In this document: piece by piece, positions 38,383 through 51,170 of the stretch
How the letters are laid out: each line of letters starts with the position of its first letter
Position numbering within the stretch: the stretch's first letter is position 1
Source: Octopus sinensis
Taxonomy: Eukaryota
Assembly (NCBI RefSeq): GCF_006345805.1
Contig: NC_043012.1
Location: forward strand, 18,600,001 to 18,664,000
DNA length: 64,000 nt
Reading direction: 5' to 3'
Notes under the pieces: generated by a model
Database searches by the model: none
What the model was told of the DNA's origin: nothing
What the model saw: only the letters and a program-made list of their open reading frames with translations
Program-made: the position numbers and the translations under genes

Positions 38383-38485
38383 ATATATATATATATATAT
38401 ATAATATATATATATATATTGTATAAAAGTTCGTGGGTAGGTCCAAAACAATGTGAAGTAAATGCAAGGTAAATTACAAGAAGAC

Positions 38486-38667
38486 AAATATGAGAATTAA
38501 TGTACACTTACAGTGTTTTCAATATTTCGGTGTTATGACCTCATTTTCAAGAAATTGACGAATGTTGCCGATGTGCGTATATGAGCAACATTCTTTAATT
38601 TCTTGAAAATGGGGTCATAGCCCCGAGTTATTGAAAACAATGTATGTATACATTAATTCACATATTT
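38486..38667. repeat. Imperfect palindrome, 83 bp arms, 16 nt loop
   Basis: 38486-38568 vs the reverse complement of 38585-38667 is about 85% identical. Confidence 0.85.
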
Positions 38668-38801
38668 GTTTTTTTTTTATCTATCTTGTATTTACTTCGC
38701 AGTGTTTTAGCCTTAACCACGATCTTTTATACAATATATTCTGCACAATGCTTCATAGTACTTATTCCATTATATATATTATACGTTAATTACTAGCGCC
38801 C

Positions 38802-38868
38802 TTGCTGATGAAGAACACGGATAACAAATTATCTTATTTGCTCATTAATGTTCGAAACCTAGGTACAA
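38802..38868 (+). ncRNA. Type I hammerhead ribozyme motif with palindromic stem III
   Basis: TTG CTGATGA A GAACA...TGTTC GAAA CCTAGG TA^CAA. Same ACCTAGGT stem III and GAAC/GTTC stem II as the 29963 motif. Stem I is only 3 bp. Predicted cut after 38865. Confidence 0.72.
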
Positions 38869-39654
38869 TTGGTAACTATTGAAAATGGTTTTATTTTTCA
38901 TCCCCTTCGAAATTACTCCTAATCATGGTTTGTTACTTTGACTGTTCCTTTTATCATGTAAGTTGTCTTGTTAGGATCACCTCTTTGTGTATGAATGTAC
39001 ACTAATTTTTATATGAAAAATATGTTGTCTAACGACTATTTTATGCATGCTAGCTACTGGTAGAAAATGTCTCTAATTTACACTATGTGTGTGTGTACGC
39101 ATATATTCGCAAATATGTATTCATATGTAGTAGATGTATGTGCATATTAAAGTGATAAACTGAGACAAGTGTGGGACTCGATGTTCGTTCTAGTAGTTGA
39201 CAACCATTTTGTAACGTATGTCTACTACTTAAGGGACACTTCGTTGTCCATCCTACATATAGAAATGCCCATACATACACACTTACATAAACACATGCAT
39301 ATATGCATAAATATGTCTGTGTCTGTATGTGTGTATGTATGTGCGTGAGTGTAAACGTGTACCTGTATATATGCACTCATAAATTTAATTGTATCATACC
39401 ATAACAAACAGACAATGTTGTGTGTAGGCAACATTGTTGTATGTATGCGGCTCTATTTTGTTTTGTCTAATTGACTTTAAAAGGAATGAAAAAAGTGAGC
39501 TAAGCTAAGTGGCTGAATACCAAATTTTGCTAATTATTTGTAGGCAATCAAACAACTTTCTATAATTAAAACAGAAAATAGATATTCCGTAATATTCAGG
39601 ACTGCTCAAATGATTTATGTTATATCTTTTTTCTTTTAAATTTTTCACGAATTT

Positions 39655-39814
39655 TACTGCGGCCATGCTTGGCACCATTTGTAGGGTTTTTATTTGAGGA
39701 AATCGACCCCTTGGCATATTGTTTAAAGCCGAGTACTTATTCTATCATGTTCTTGTGCTGAACAACTAAATTACGTGGAAGTAAACACACCAAAAGCGGT
39801 GGTCACATAGATGA
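39655..39814 (-). mobile_element. SINE family A 3' fragment
   Basis: actgcggccatgcttggcacc...gaaatcgacccc...gagtacttattctatc. Confidence 0.7.
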
Positions 39815-40435
39815 TGGTTGACCTCTCATGACCGAGGAAAACCATTACTGACGGTTATGAATATTGTGCGGTCCAGACTACCTTATACTTCACACTTGCG
39901 TGAGAAACATACACGACTGCAAGCATTGTAGTCCGATCTGTTCCCATTCATTACAGTAGCGGTGCGTTTTCGAGCAGCACGCTTAAAATCTTCATGAAGA
40001 AATTCGTGCTCTTTCAAAGGCATCGACTATCTCCTTTAACTGTTGCTTCCATCCATGGCGACGACAAGCATTGCTCTCCCAGTCAGCATCCCGCATTTCA
40101 TTGGCCTTTAATGAGGACTCTACATAGTCCTTATACCGCAGACTTGGCTTCTGCCGAGGCCACTTTCTATTAACATGTTCCTCGTATAGCATATGTCTAG
40201 GTATCCTGCTATCGTTCTCACAAGGTGTCCTATCCAACGTAACCGTTATTTATGTACCATCGCCTCAATATGCAGGATATCAGCTTTCCGCAGTACCTGT
40301 GTATCTGGAGGTTTTAAGGTCTAGCCAATACTCAGAATATGTCTGAGACATCTCTGATAGAAGCGTTCAAGGACCTTTACGTGACGTGTGTAATAGGTCT
40401 AAGACTCACATGTGTAAATGTGTGATGTTAGTAGG
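39815..40435 (-). mobile_element. RTE-clade LINE 3' fragment
   Basis: YTCES*TYYTRHVKVLERFYQRCLRHIL; RIPRHMLYEE...KPSLRYKDYVESSLKA...WE; terminal C..R.C motif. Typical RTE C-terminus. Confidence 0.85.
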
Positions 40436-42039
40436 AGAGAAAATACCTTCAAAAAATAATAATATAGTCACAAAATATCATAACTCTATTTCAAAGAGAA
40501 TACATTTTTAAAATACACGCATCAATAAATTGAGATAATTGATATAACTTGAGTGAAAACAGAAATAATTAAATTAGCGATAGTAGTTGCTTTCGGAATG
40601 ACGGAAAATTCACGAACAAAAAACAGATACAAAGGGATTTAAATATGATTAATTTTCCATAAGAATAATACATTATTTACACAATTATACACTGTACGTA
40701 TTGTAATATATTGAGTGCGTTCAATAGCACAAACATTACTGAAAAGATGATATGTAGGCTTTACTATTTGGATACGGGTTAGTGAAAAAAATGGGAGTGG
40801 ATATGGGACCTCTATACAGAAATTATGAAGACTTATATTCATATTTATCATTCTTTCTGTCGTTCCAGTGTCATGCCACCACAATGCACTTTTCATTTTT
40901 AAATATCACCTAAATATCAGTTGACGCTGATGGCTATATCCCACTGGGACTGGTTCTGGATTTGCGCACGAGATAATGAACTCCTCTGGCTCCGCTCCTT
41001 GTTATTCATCTTATTATATTCGTCATTTAAGGTGTTACTACACTTTTCGGAAGTAAGTCCCTTATATGTGCAACGGCTGATGTTTCTGATCTGAACAGGC
41101 AGTTACACAACATTATTCTTAGCACTACATGGATCAGTTGTTGATTTGCCGATTGCTGAGAACTTTTCTCACTCTATGCAGTTACATATGCCCTATATCT
41201 CCTCATGGATTTCCACCTGCCCTTATTGCAGTAGGAATGAGATTCTGAGACACGTATGAATGCCGTAACGGTTGTATTGTTTTTTTTTTTTCTGTTCGCT
41301 ACATATCTTCGTCATGAACACTGATAGGTTTTCTTATGTTCAGAAACGTGACAGAATAACACAGTGTGGCCCTATGCCCGGTTTCCAGTTATAAAAATGA
41401 CTCATATAGTGCCTTATACCTGCATCACTCGTGTTTTAGAGGGTAAACAAAGGAACAATTGGATTTAGTAATACTCCGTTCAATCAACGCTCATTTAACT
41501 CGCATCTTCGGAGCAACTTCAGATACTAGAGGACATGTTTCTTTCAAACAATGCTTTCATCTCATCTGAACCTTTCATGTCGAATATTCGTGCGTTGCAA
41601 ATTGTGTTTGCAAAGTCAAAATTGCCCTTCCAATCAAACATCTCATACTACTGATGTTACCGCATGCAAATTTTGTTTTACTGACTTTGCTCGTTACAGA
41701 AGTATTGTTATACTCTTCTCGATAACATAATTCTTGGCTTCAATTTCTCTATTTTACTCCGTTAAATTGATCGGTAAAATATCACGATAACCCGAGTCAT
41801 TTTTCATATGATGGGTACAATCTAACTGCAAACAATGTAGGCACTTTCTTATAATATTTAGCATGAGGAATTTTGATACGTCATGATTCTGTATAAAGAT
41901 AAATCCTATAATTACAATCTTATTGCATGGCAAGATTAAAGAATACACCATGTTTTTCCATTATGCTTAACATTGGCTAGGATTTAACTTTAGAGGGCGG
42001 TATCAAAACAAGGCTTAATAGATCTCTAGCGGCGATCTC

Positions 42040-42187
42040 TACTACTGCTACTACCACTAATACTACCGCTACTTCTACTACTAGATAATAGCTATTGTAA
42101 CAATCATTATGATGATGATGATGATGGTGTTGGTGGTGGTGGTGGTGGTGGTGGTGATGGTGGTGGTGGTGATGTTGGTGATGATGG

Positions 42188-42218
<31 letters not shown>

Positions 42219-42299
42219 GATGATGATGATGATAGTAATGATGGTGATGATCATGATAACGATTCTCATCATCATAAGGATGGCAATAATAATAATAAT

Positions 42300-42365
<66 letters not shown>

Positions 42366-42695
42366 ATCAATAATGAAAATAATAATCTCAAGGTCACAAT
42401 ACTTTAGGGATGCAGAAGGCGATTATTATCAAAATCAGTTCTTCAATATACTTCGTTTTATCGACAGACTAAGGAACATCAAAGGAACAGTTGGTCTCGG
42501 TTTATTAGAGCCATGAAGTTAGAGGGCCGTAATGAAATACACAGTAATATAATTTCCTCTCTTCTCATGTGATGTTACTGATCTTCTAATGCCGAGTGCA
42601 TTGAGGTTGATTATGATGACGGTGATGACGACGACGGAGGCGATGAAGAGGAGGATGAAATGCTTGATAACGATGATGGTGACGACGACGACGGC

Positions 42696-42726
<31 letters not shown>

Positions 42727-42830
42727 TGCATGATGATGATGATGATGATGATGGTGCTGATACTGCTCATGCTACTGCTCATACCACTGCTGCAGTTGAT
42801 GTTGTTGCTGCTGCTGATAATATAACTGTT
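42040..42830. repeat. Two compound trinucleotide arrays (ATG/GTG/ATA at 42100-42380; ATG/ACG/TGC at 42600-42830)
   Basis: Directly visible. Source of the poly-M/V/I ORFs. Confidence 0.92.
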
Positions 42831-43037
42831 GGTATTTAATATTTCTTTTCCTATAACCAGGACTCACTGATACGGAAAAATATCACAAAAATCCTAAGTA
42901 TAAGAGTGAGCATCAATTATTTAGAATCCAAAGGGGTGGAAAATTATTATTCAGTAAATTGAAGCACTACGTCTATTTTTAATTATATGATTAGTAACAC
43001 AAAAACACACACACGCACACACACACAAACAAGAATC

Positions 43038-43416
43038 GTGGCACTCCGTCGGTGATGACGGCAAGGGTTCCAGTTGATCCGATCACATGAACAGACTTCT
43101 CGTGAAATTAACGGGCATATGGCTGAGCACTGCGCATACACGTGTACCCTTATCGCAGTTCTCGGGGAGATTCAGTGTCACACAGAGTGTGGCAAGGCTG
43201 GTCTTTTTGAAATAGAGGTACAACAGAAACAGAAAGTGTGAGTGAATGTTCTGGAGAAAAAGCACAGCGGTGTTCACCATCATCCCCTGCCGGATCCTTG
43301 TGGAACTTTAGATGTTTTCGCTCAATAAACTCTCATAACGCCCAGTCTGGGAATCGAAACTGCGTTCGTACGACAGCGAGTCCGCTGCCATAACCAGTGA
43401 GCCATTGCGCCTCCAC
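43038..43416 (-). mobile_element. tRNA-derived SINE family C
   Basis: Minus-strand head gtggaggcgcaatggctcactggtta...gtttcgattcccag carries A and B boxes. Confidence 0.85.
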
Positions 43417-43910
43417 AAGTATGAATATATATATGTTCATACACAAATTATTTAAACGAGACACAATCACATAAATAATTTGTAAAATCTACATTGGTAA
43501 GAGTCCGCCAGCTTCTATGAAACAGACAATGAAATGCTTCTCCATACTAAAAAGTCTCAGGTATTTGAACTCGGTGCACAATGGTAAGACGTTGCGTTAG
43601 CTGAGGCAACATTTACTAGTCAAGCGTTTTTCAAGTAATCATGCGATATTAGTTGGTTTCTCCAATATTCGATTATTTCAAGATTCTTAACTGTTATAGT
43701 TCTTCATTTAATTAGCACTGTTAATTAACACGCTGTCAATCTAACTCTTGTTCTTTCGTAATGTCCAAGAAGATGTAGATTTCCTTCTAATCTAGGCGAA
43801 TCTCTTTTCTATTTCTTATTCGTCTTTCACATTCGCACGCATTTACGTGGAGGATTTAATTTCGTTCAAAAAAAAAAACGAAACACTTCTGACAATTTAT
43901 TGTCAATAAT

Positions 43911-44247
43911 ACTGAGGCCCGCTTCGGCCATGAATGACCATGAGATTGCGCCTAGAAAGTTACCCACTCCCGGTCATAAGTCCGCGCAAGGTTGTTTATG
44001 GAAGACCAGCAGTCACCCATGCTTACTAGCCTCCCCTCTCCACGTATTATCCAAGTGAAAGGCCAAAGGACCGTCACATCTTGGCACCGGTAACGTCGCA
44101 AATCATTTCTACAGCTGAGTGAACTGGACTAACTTGAAATAAAGTGTCTTGCTCAAGAACACAACACGAACCCCGGTGCCGGAATCGAACTCGTAACCTC
44201 ACGATCGTAAGCTTCACGCTCTAACCACTGAGCCATGCGCCTTCACA
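43911..44247 (-). mobile_element. tRNA-derived SINE family D
   Basis: Head tgtgaaggcgcatggctcagtggttagagcg...gagttcgattccgg, followed by gttgtgttcttgagcaagacacttt, a conserved SINE body-type motif. Confidence 0.85.
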
Positions 44248-45231
44248 ATATTATTGCCACCCTTGTTTTTACCAAAAATATTGCAGGTTATCAACTGGCT
44301 TAAGTTCCTTGGAAGTGATAATAAGGTGATTTTCTGCATTACTTTCGTAGCCTAATCCAGTTGCAGTTTTGAAGCACCAGATTCTGTAACCCAATGTTAC
44401 AGTGTATAATTTCCATTCTTGAAGGATTTCAATATTACTTCGGGGAAAGTCAAAATCAGACATTCAGTTCATCCTTTTTACCTATTTGAGTGTTTCGTTG
44501 TCTTTGGGAGTTTTGAATATATTGTCACCAATAATGTTATGGCGACGTTGGAGTGTGCACAAGGATGTAGAAAAGTAAACTCAAATATATCTTTGGATAT
44601 GGTTAACTAGAATACCTTTTTGAAAAATTAATATGTTCATGCATAACGTACTCCGTACTACACCAAACATAGATACCATATTAAACTAACACAGTAATGC
44701 AACACCAACGAAAAACGCTGTCAATTTTTCAAAGGCGTTAATTCACGCTTAGTCACGTGGGAGTGCTCAGGATCATTCCACAACAATGCTGCACACGCTT
44801 ACCAACCATCTACTCAACGAAAACATGTGCTTAATATTGCCACTACGCACGGCTAGGCACAGCTAGGCACAGCTAGTGATAGCTGAGTGGTGTTCGGGGA
44901 TCATTATAAACTACATATTCAGTCGACCATATTTCGCTTCGCGTTACTTCGGTGCGTGCCACAACATTAGTTTATACTGTATTACAAACGAAAAGACACA
45001 TCTAATCACGTTGTCGCTGACCCTCTTAACTGTATATATCATACTCCTCCTTTCTATTTACTACCTATATCAAGAGAAGAGTACATCAAATTGGATGAGG
45101 CATGTGTGTCTTTTATTTCTAGGTTTGAAAATCAAGCAAAACATCTCTATACATTATCTGAATGTATTCGGACATTTTCTGAATTATTGTTTCTTGAGTT
45201 GTAAAAATGAAAGATATTAATCCTTTCTATT

Positions 45232-45410
45232 ATAGGCCTAGTGCCTCACAAGTTAGTGGGAGGGGAGGAGTTTGTCAGTCGACTCCAATGTTTAACTGGT
45301 AGTTATTTGATGGAACACAAAAGGGTGCAAGGCGGAATTTGAACTCGGAAAAAAGGACGAAATGCTGCGATGCATTTTGTCCGGCCTGCTAACTCATCTC
45401 CTTAAACACT
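45232..45410 (-). mobile_element. Decayed SINE family B
   Basis: cgactccaatgtttaactggtagttattt...ggcggaatttgaactc...cattttgtccggc. Confidence 0.65.
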
Positions 45411-45468
<58 letters not shown>

Positions 45469-45541
45469 TAATAATAATAATAATAATAATATTAATAATG
45501 ATACATTCTCATAGCAGTAGTAGTGACTGCAGTGTTGGCCG

Positions 45542-45582
<41 letters not shown>

Positions 45583-45632
45583 GTAGTAGTAGTAGTAGTA
45601 GTAGTAGTTGTTGTTGTTGTTGTTGTTGTTGT
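45410..45632. repeat. Compound (ATA)n/(TTA)n/(GTA)n/(GTT)n array
   Basis: Directly visible. Confidence 0.95.
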
Positions 45633-45714
45633 AGTCGGCGAAACAGTGAAAGAATTTTAGAACAGAGATTATGACAGTACTAACAGATACAAAAGCAGGA
45701 ATTACAATGTCAAT

Positions 45715-46735
45715 TACAGCAAATCAAAGTCGTTGATAATATAGCATGTCGGTTGTAGTTGAAATATAGCAAGCTGAAACGAAAGCCTTCATCACATATT
45801 GTAGTCTTTGAAGATGAAGCCTTTATAAAGAATATGCTTCGGGCGATAATTGATAAAAGAGAGCTAGAGATAAAATACAGAGCGTGTGGAGAAAGAGAGG
45901 AACGTAATACCCAACTTATATGTGAATGTTGAAAGCTAGCAACTTTTAATAACGTCTGTAGCAATAAAATGTTCATTGGGATATTAGCCAGGTGTTCAGA
46001 TTTGAAATAACGGAAACGTGGCGTGAAAACGATGCAGAGGTTTTGATGGAGAATGATAATTACAAGATTTTATGGGATTTATCCATAGAGACTGGCCATA
46101 CAATTGGACGAGCCCAGATATAATTGTTGAAAAGAAGAATAAGAAAATGTGTAAAACTTTTGACATTGCAATAACTTAGTGGTCTAAAGTAGATATCGAA
46201 GAAACAAAAAAGTTGGGGAAATATTTCTTTACTACCCACAAGGGGCTAAACAAAGAGAGGACAAACAAGGACAGACGAACGGATTAAGTCGATTACATCG
46301 ACTCCAGTGAGTAACTAGTACTTAATTTATCGATCCCGAAAGGATGAAAGGCAAGGTCGACATCCGCGGAATTTGAACTCAGAACGTAACGACAGACGAA
46401 ATACTGCTAAGCATTTCGCCCGACTGCGAACTTTTCTGCCAGCTCGCCGCCTTAAATTTGGGAAATATGATGTGGGCACAGAGATGAAGAAATTGTTAAG
46501 CACAAAGGAAGCAATTGTACTTGTGGTAAATTCTACAATAGGCAGAACAGCGAAACTGCTTCCTAAGAGGCTGAAGCTTAATTTTACTTGTATTGTGACT
46601 CGTAATCCCAACCTGCAGAGAAGTGGCATACTGCATTCTACAAGAAACCAATCAAAGATTCTTTGATTTGATAAGACTTCCCACAAAATCTCATCACAAA
46701 CTGCTAATTAAATTAGACTTTAATGGCTTTGTGTA
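45715..46735 (+). mobile_element. Decayed Dong/R4-clade LINE 3' part, interrupted by a SINE
   Basis: IVVFEDEAF...KYRACGEREE; NDNYKILWDLSIET...PDIIVEKK...FDIA; after the SINE, IVLVVNSTIG...LQRSGILHSTRNQSKIL*. Confidence 0.75.
46225..46454 (-). mobile_element. SINE family B with target site duplication
   Basis: Homologous to 36838-37069. Flanked by GGGAAATAT at 46216-24 and 46460-68 (extends to ~14 bp with 2 mismatches). Confidence 0.88.
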
Positions 46736-46739
46736 TAGT

Positions 46740-46749
46740 ACAACAACAG

Positions 46750-46821
<72 letters not shown>

Positions 46822-46840
46822 ATACTACTACTACTACTAT

Positions 46841-46871
<31 letters not shown>

Positions 46872-46910
46872 GTAGAACCTGCTGCTCCTCCCCTACTAAT
46901 ACTACTAGAT
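46740..46910. repeat. (TAC)n array
   Basis: Directly visible. Confidence 0.95.
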
Positions 46911-47019
46911 TTTCTAATTTTCGCTCGATGTTGAGGGGTGGGTATATTCGATTATATTGGGCCCGAATCAACTTGTACAACTATAACGCAAAAGCCAAGC
47001 GTATAATAATAATAATAAT

Positions 47020-48606
47020 AGGTAAAGTCAAGTTCAATCGAATTAGATGTCGAAACAGTAATAAAGGAAATTAGGCAGGAACAAACCTATAAATACCAAG
47101 GAATAAATGAAGGCTCTGATATCCAGCATGCAAGCATGAAAGAGAAGGTTAAGAAAGAATGTTATAGAAGAGTTCGAGCAGTCCTGAAGTCTCAGCTGAA
47201 TGTATATAATAAGGTGTTAGCCATACATTCCTTAGCAGTCTCAGTTGTTCTTTATAGCTTCAATGTGCTAAACTGGAATACAAGTGAAATATTGAAAATT
47301 GATAGAAAAATCCGCAAGCTACTGACTTGTAATAAAATGCACCATCCAAAGGCAGACGTGGATCGTCTTTACCTTCCCAGAGCTCAGGGAGTTCGAGGTT
47401 TGATCTAGCTTGAAATTACGTAAAACCACAACAATCGGACTGACCAAATACCTTGAAACAACCAACGATTGGATGCTATAACTTGTTCAAAAACACGAAA
47501 GACCGAAAAATCTTCACTCTATTCTGAAAGTGAGCAAAAAATTCGCTTCTAATCTCTTAGATACCTACCATATTGATCAGGTTGAAGGAAATACGCCAAC
47601 TGCTGCTGCAAAGAAAATAAAATTAAGTGCAGAGACAAAACACATGGAAATTTAGCTAGCAGATGGAAACAAAAACCTCTGCATGGCAAGTATGTGGCCC
47701 GTAGCAAAGGAGCTGATGTCGACCAGAAACACACGCATCAATGGTTACGAAGCTCAGGGCTAAAAGCAGAGAGTGAACGTTTCATATTAGCTGCTCCAGA
47801 GAAAAGTTTATTAACCTGAAACTACCAAGGCAATGTGATAAAAAAATAGAGCTGACCCAAAATGCCGATTCTGTAACAAAGAGATGGAAAATATAGACCA
47901 CCTAATCTCAGGGTGTAGAGTCTTAGCACCTGTAGAATATAAAGCAAGATATGACAGAGTCGGCCAGCATTTACACTGGACAATATGTCGGCATTATAAA
48001 ATCAAAACCGCTGACAAATAGTATAAACACCATCCTGAAGCTGTGACTGAGGGAGAAAATGTGTCAATTCTCTGGGACTTCTCCGTATATACCGACAAAA
48101 GTTTATAAGCTAATACATCGGATATTATTATAAAAGATCAGATATAAAAAGGTGTGTTTATTAATTGACATGAGTATTCCTTGCGATCACAATATTGCGG
48201 CGAAAGAATTTGACAAGATCAGTAAATATAAAGACTTGCTAAATGAAACTGAAAAAATGTGACATCTCAAGGCGACTACAGTACCGGGGATTGTAGGATC
48301 TCTAGGAATGATACAAAAAATGGTACTGAAACCTATTTGAAAATGATACCAGGCTTACCATCCCTACAGGAAGTGCAAAAAATCGTGTTAACTGGAAAGG
48401 CTCGTGTACTGAGAAGAGCATTATTGCTGCGAAAACAACATCCATTCATGAATGTATTCATTTATTAATTTTTAAATACATATTTTACCTGTGAATTTGC
48501 GTGTGTAATCTGGGAAAGCAAAAATAAGCTTCTCTGCCCTAGGTATTCGGAAAACACTCGGCGAGAAATCGAAGAAAATTTGAAGAAAGAAGAAAAAAAA
48601 ATAATA
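47020..48606 (+). mobile_element. Dong/R4-clade LINE, 5'-truncated, with RLE domain and 3' UTR
   Basis: KEKVKKECYRRVRAVLKS...HHPKADVDRLYLPR; WLRSSGLKAESE; CRFC; LWDFSV...LIDMSIPCDHNIAAKEFDKISKYKDL; LQEVQKIVLTG. Starts after (TAA)n and ends in aataataa. Confidence 0.9.
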
Positions 48607-50945
48607 AATGCAAATTAAAATTGGAAACAATTTAGCACAAAAAGTTATACTCGAACTAAAATCAGATCTCACTGAATTAAACGAAATTATTTACGCAGCT
48701 GCTAACACAATTGAAGCAAGTTGTATGCCTCTGAAAAAAAAACATAGAAATACAGACGTAAGAAGAATTCAAAACTGGAAAAGTAAAATTGAAAAAGGGA
48801 TTGAAATAATGAGACGTGAAATATCAATATTTAATTAACTATTCCGTGGAAACGATGTAAAAACCAGAAAAGAAAGAAAGATGAAGAGAAAGCGTAGATT
48901 CTCACCGAGAGGACAACTGCTTTCAGCAATAGAAACACTGCAACGAAAAGTCCAAGTAAAAGCTCAAAGAATGCAAATATTTGAGAAAGAGATACAAGTT
49001 TTACAAGCAAAATTAGCTGTTCATGCCCAATGCGAAGACATTCTACAAAGAAATAAGGGAGGAGAAAATAACCATTGAGGACTACTTCGCAAATAAGAAG
49101 CGGAGAGCTTCTGGAAAAATATCTGGGGTGACGAAAATAATTACAACGAAAATGCAGACTGGATTAAACGCAAAGAACGATCCTACCAAAACTTATCAGA
49201 ACAAGCATGGGAAGACATCACAACAGACCGAAGAATGACACTCACGAAGGCTCATAGTTGGTAACCCTCTGGTAATGATAGGGAGCTGATTTTCTGGCTT
49301 ACATCGCTACCGTGCGCACGCGAAGAGTTGGTCCAGTTATTCAATGTAATTATGAGAGATCCTACGAAAACCTACAAGCGAAGAATAATGAAACCAACTT
49401 CCTGAAAAGTATCGGACCAGAACACATCTATCTAGCACGCATAAAATCTCAACATCCATCCCCATGGAGAAAACACAAATTAATGGAAAAGAGCTGTTGC
49501 CGGCGAGGCTTATATGGATGCAAAGATCAGCCCTTAATCAATCGCATGAACCTTGAGAACAGTCACACTACACGCAGAAATCTCAGTTCGGCATGGATTG
49601 ATTCTATAAAAACCGTTCACAGCATACCGCATTCATGGATCTTGAAAGCGCTGGATATCTTCAAAATTTCCCCTGTGATATCAAACTAACTGTAGCACAA
49701 CATGTCGGTGTGGAATACGAATCTCCAATTATACCAATCTAATGGAATACTAACCAAAAACATTAACTGTGGTATTGTCCAAGATAACTCATTTTCACCT
49801 TCAAGTTTTTGCGTAGCCCTAATTCCCCTTACAGCTGAATTTAACGGTCATAAAATTGGTGGCAATAAAATAGTCATCTATTTGATATGAATGACTTAAA
49901 ACTCCATGGCAAAGATGATAATTAGCATGAAAGACAATTATTTTGATAACATCAGGAGGTAATTTGGTCTTGATAAAAGTGCCAAGGCCACTTTCCAGAA
50001 AGGAAAACTGAAGACCTCACATTCAGTGGTGTTGAATGTTGACACAGCTATAAAAGAACTCGAGCAGGAACAAACTCACAAATACTTCGGAATAAATGAG
50101 GGATCTGGCATTCAACATGGGAGCATGAAAGAGAATATCAGGAAGGAATGTCACAGGAGAGTTCGGGGAGTCCTAAAATCCGAGTTAAATTCATGTAATA
50201 CAGTTTAGCTCTAGATCCCCCAGCACTTCCGATCGTTAAATAGAGTTTCAATGTGTTGAACTGGGATATGAACGACGCACGTAACAAGGTGTTAACTATA
50301 AATGTTTTAGCACTTCTGGTAGTTATTTCGAGTTTCCTTGTGTTGAACTGGAATATGAGCGAAATGAGGAAGAGTCGCTTGCAATAAGATGCAGCACCTA
50401 GAATCACGCACAGATCGTCTTTACCTACCCATAGCTCGAGGAGGTCGAGGCTTGATACAATTTGAAATATTTAACAAAACCGCCACAATTGGGCCGTCAA
50501 AATATCTTCAAACATATAACAACTGGACGCTAAAGTTCATTAAAAAGCATAAAAGACGTAAGAAGCTTCATTCTGTTATGAAGGGCAGCAAACAAAATAC
50601 CCTGGCTGAACAGCATGATGGAAGTGCAGAAACTGAAGTTTTGGTGAGGGTGAGAAGTGCAAAAGACTGTCTTAACTGGTAAATCACACGTACTGAGACT
50701 AGAATTGTCGCAGTGAATTTTCTTTCCTCCTTTTCTCCTTTATTTTTTTGTTTACTTTTAATTTTTTAATTGCTTCTCGTTTTTCTCTGTCTTTCTTTCC
50801 CTTTTTCTCTATCGCATAACTTTGTGAAGGAACAATCTGGTGAGTTTATTTTAATGACCTACCCATGTATACAGTGCTTTTCTCTGCCCGAAGTGTCAGG
50901 AAGACACTCGGCAAGAAATGGACACAATGGAAAGAAGATGATAAT
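48607..50945 (+). mobile_element. Second tandem Dong/R4-clade LINE (N-terminal/RT part, internal deletion, 3' UTR)
   Basis: LTELNEIIYAAA; SAWID..K...SIPHSWILKAL; GIVQDNSFSP; decayed MNDLKL motif at ~49890; YLPIARGGRGLIQ. Jumps at ~50650 to QKTVLTGKSHVLR. The 3' UTR shares tctctgccc...gacactcggc with 48530-48565. Confidence 0.88.
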
Positions 50946-50948
50946 GAA

Positions 50949-51010
<62 letters not shown>

Positions 51011-51118
51011 CACGACCACCACGACCACCACGACCACCACCACTACCACTACTACCACTACTACTACCACCACCACCACACCACCACCACCACCACTACT
51101 ACTACTACTACTACCACC

Positions 51119-51170
<52 letters not shown>

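Noticed and set aside
40930-41230. Possible Tc1 N-terminal remnant on the minus strand
   Set aside because: No TIRs and no diagnostic GRP motif recovered.
43038-44247. tRNA-like sequences with A/B boxes (also 10623, 36838, 46225-46454, 56170-56246)
   Set aside because: They continue into multi-copy SINE bodies and tails and lack a clean cloverleaf and acceptor stem, so they are SINE heads rather than tRNA genes.
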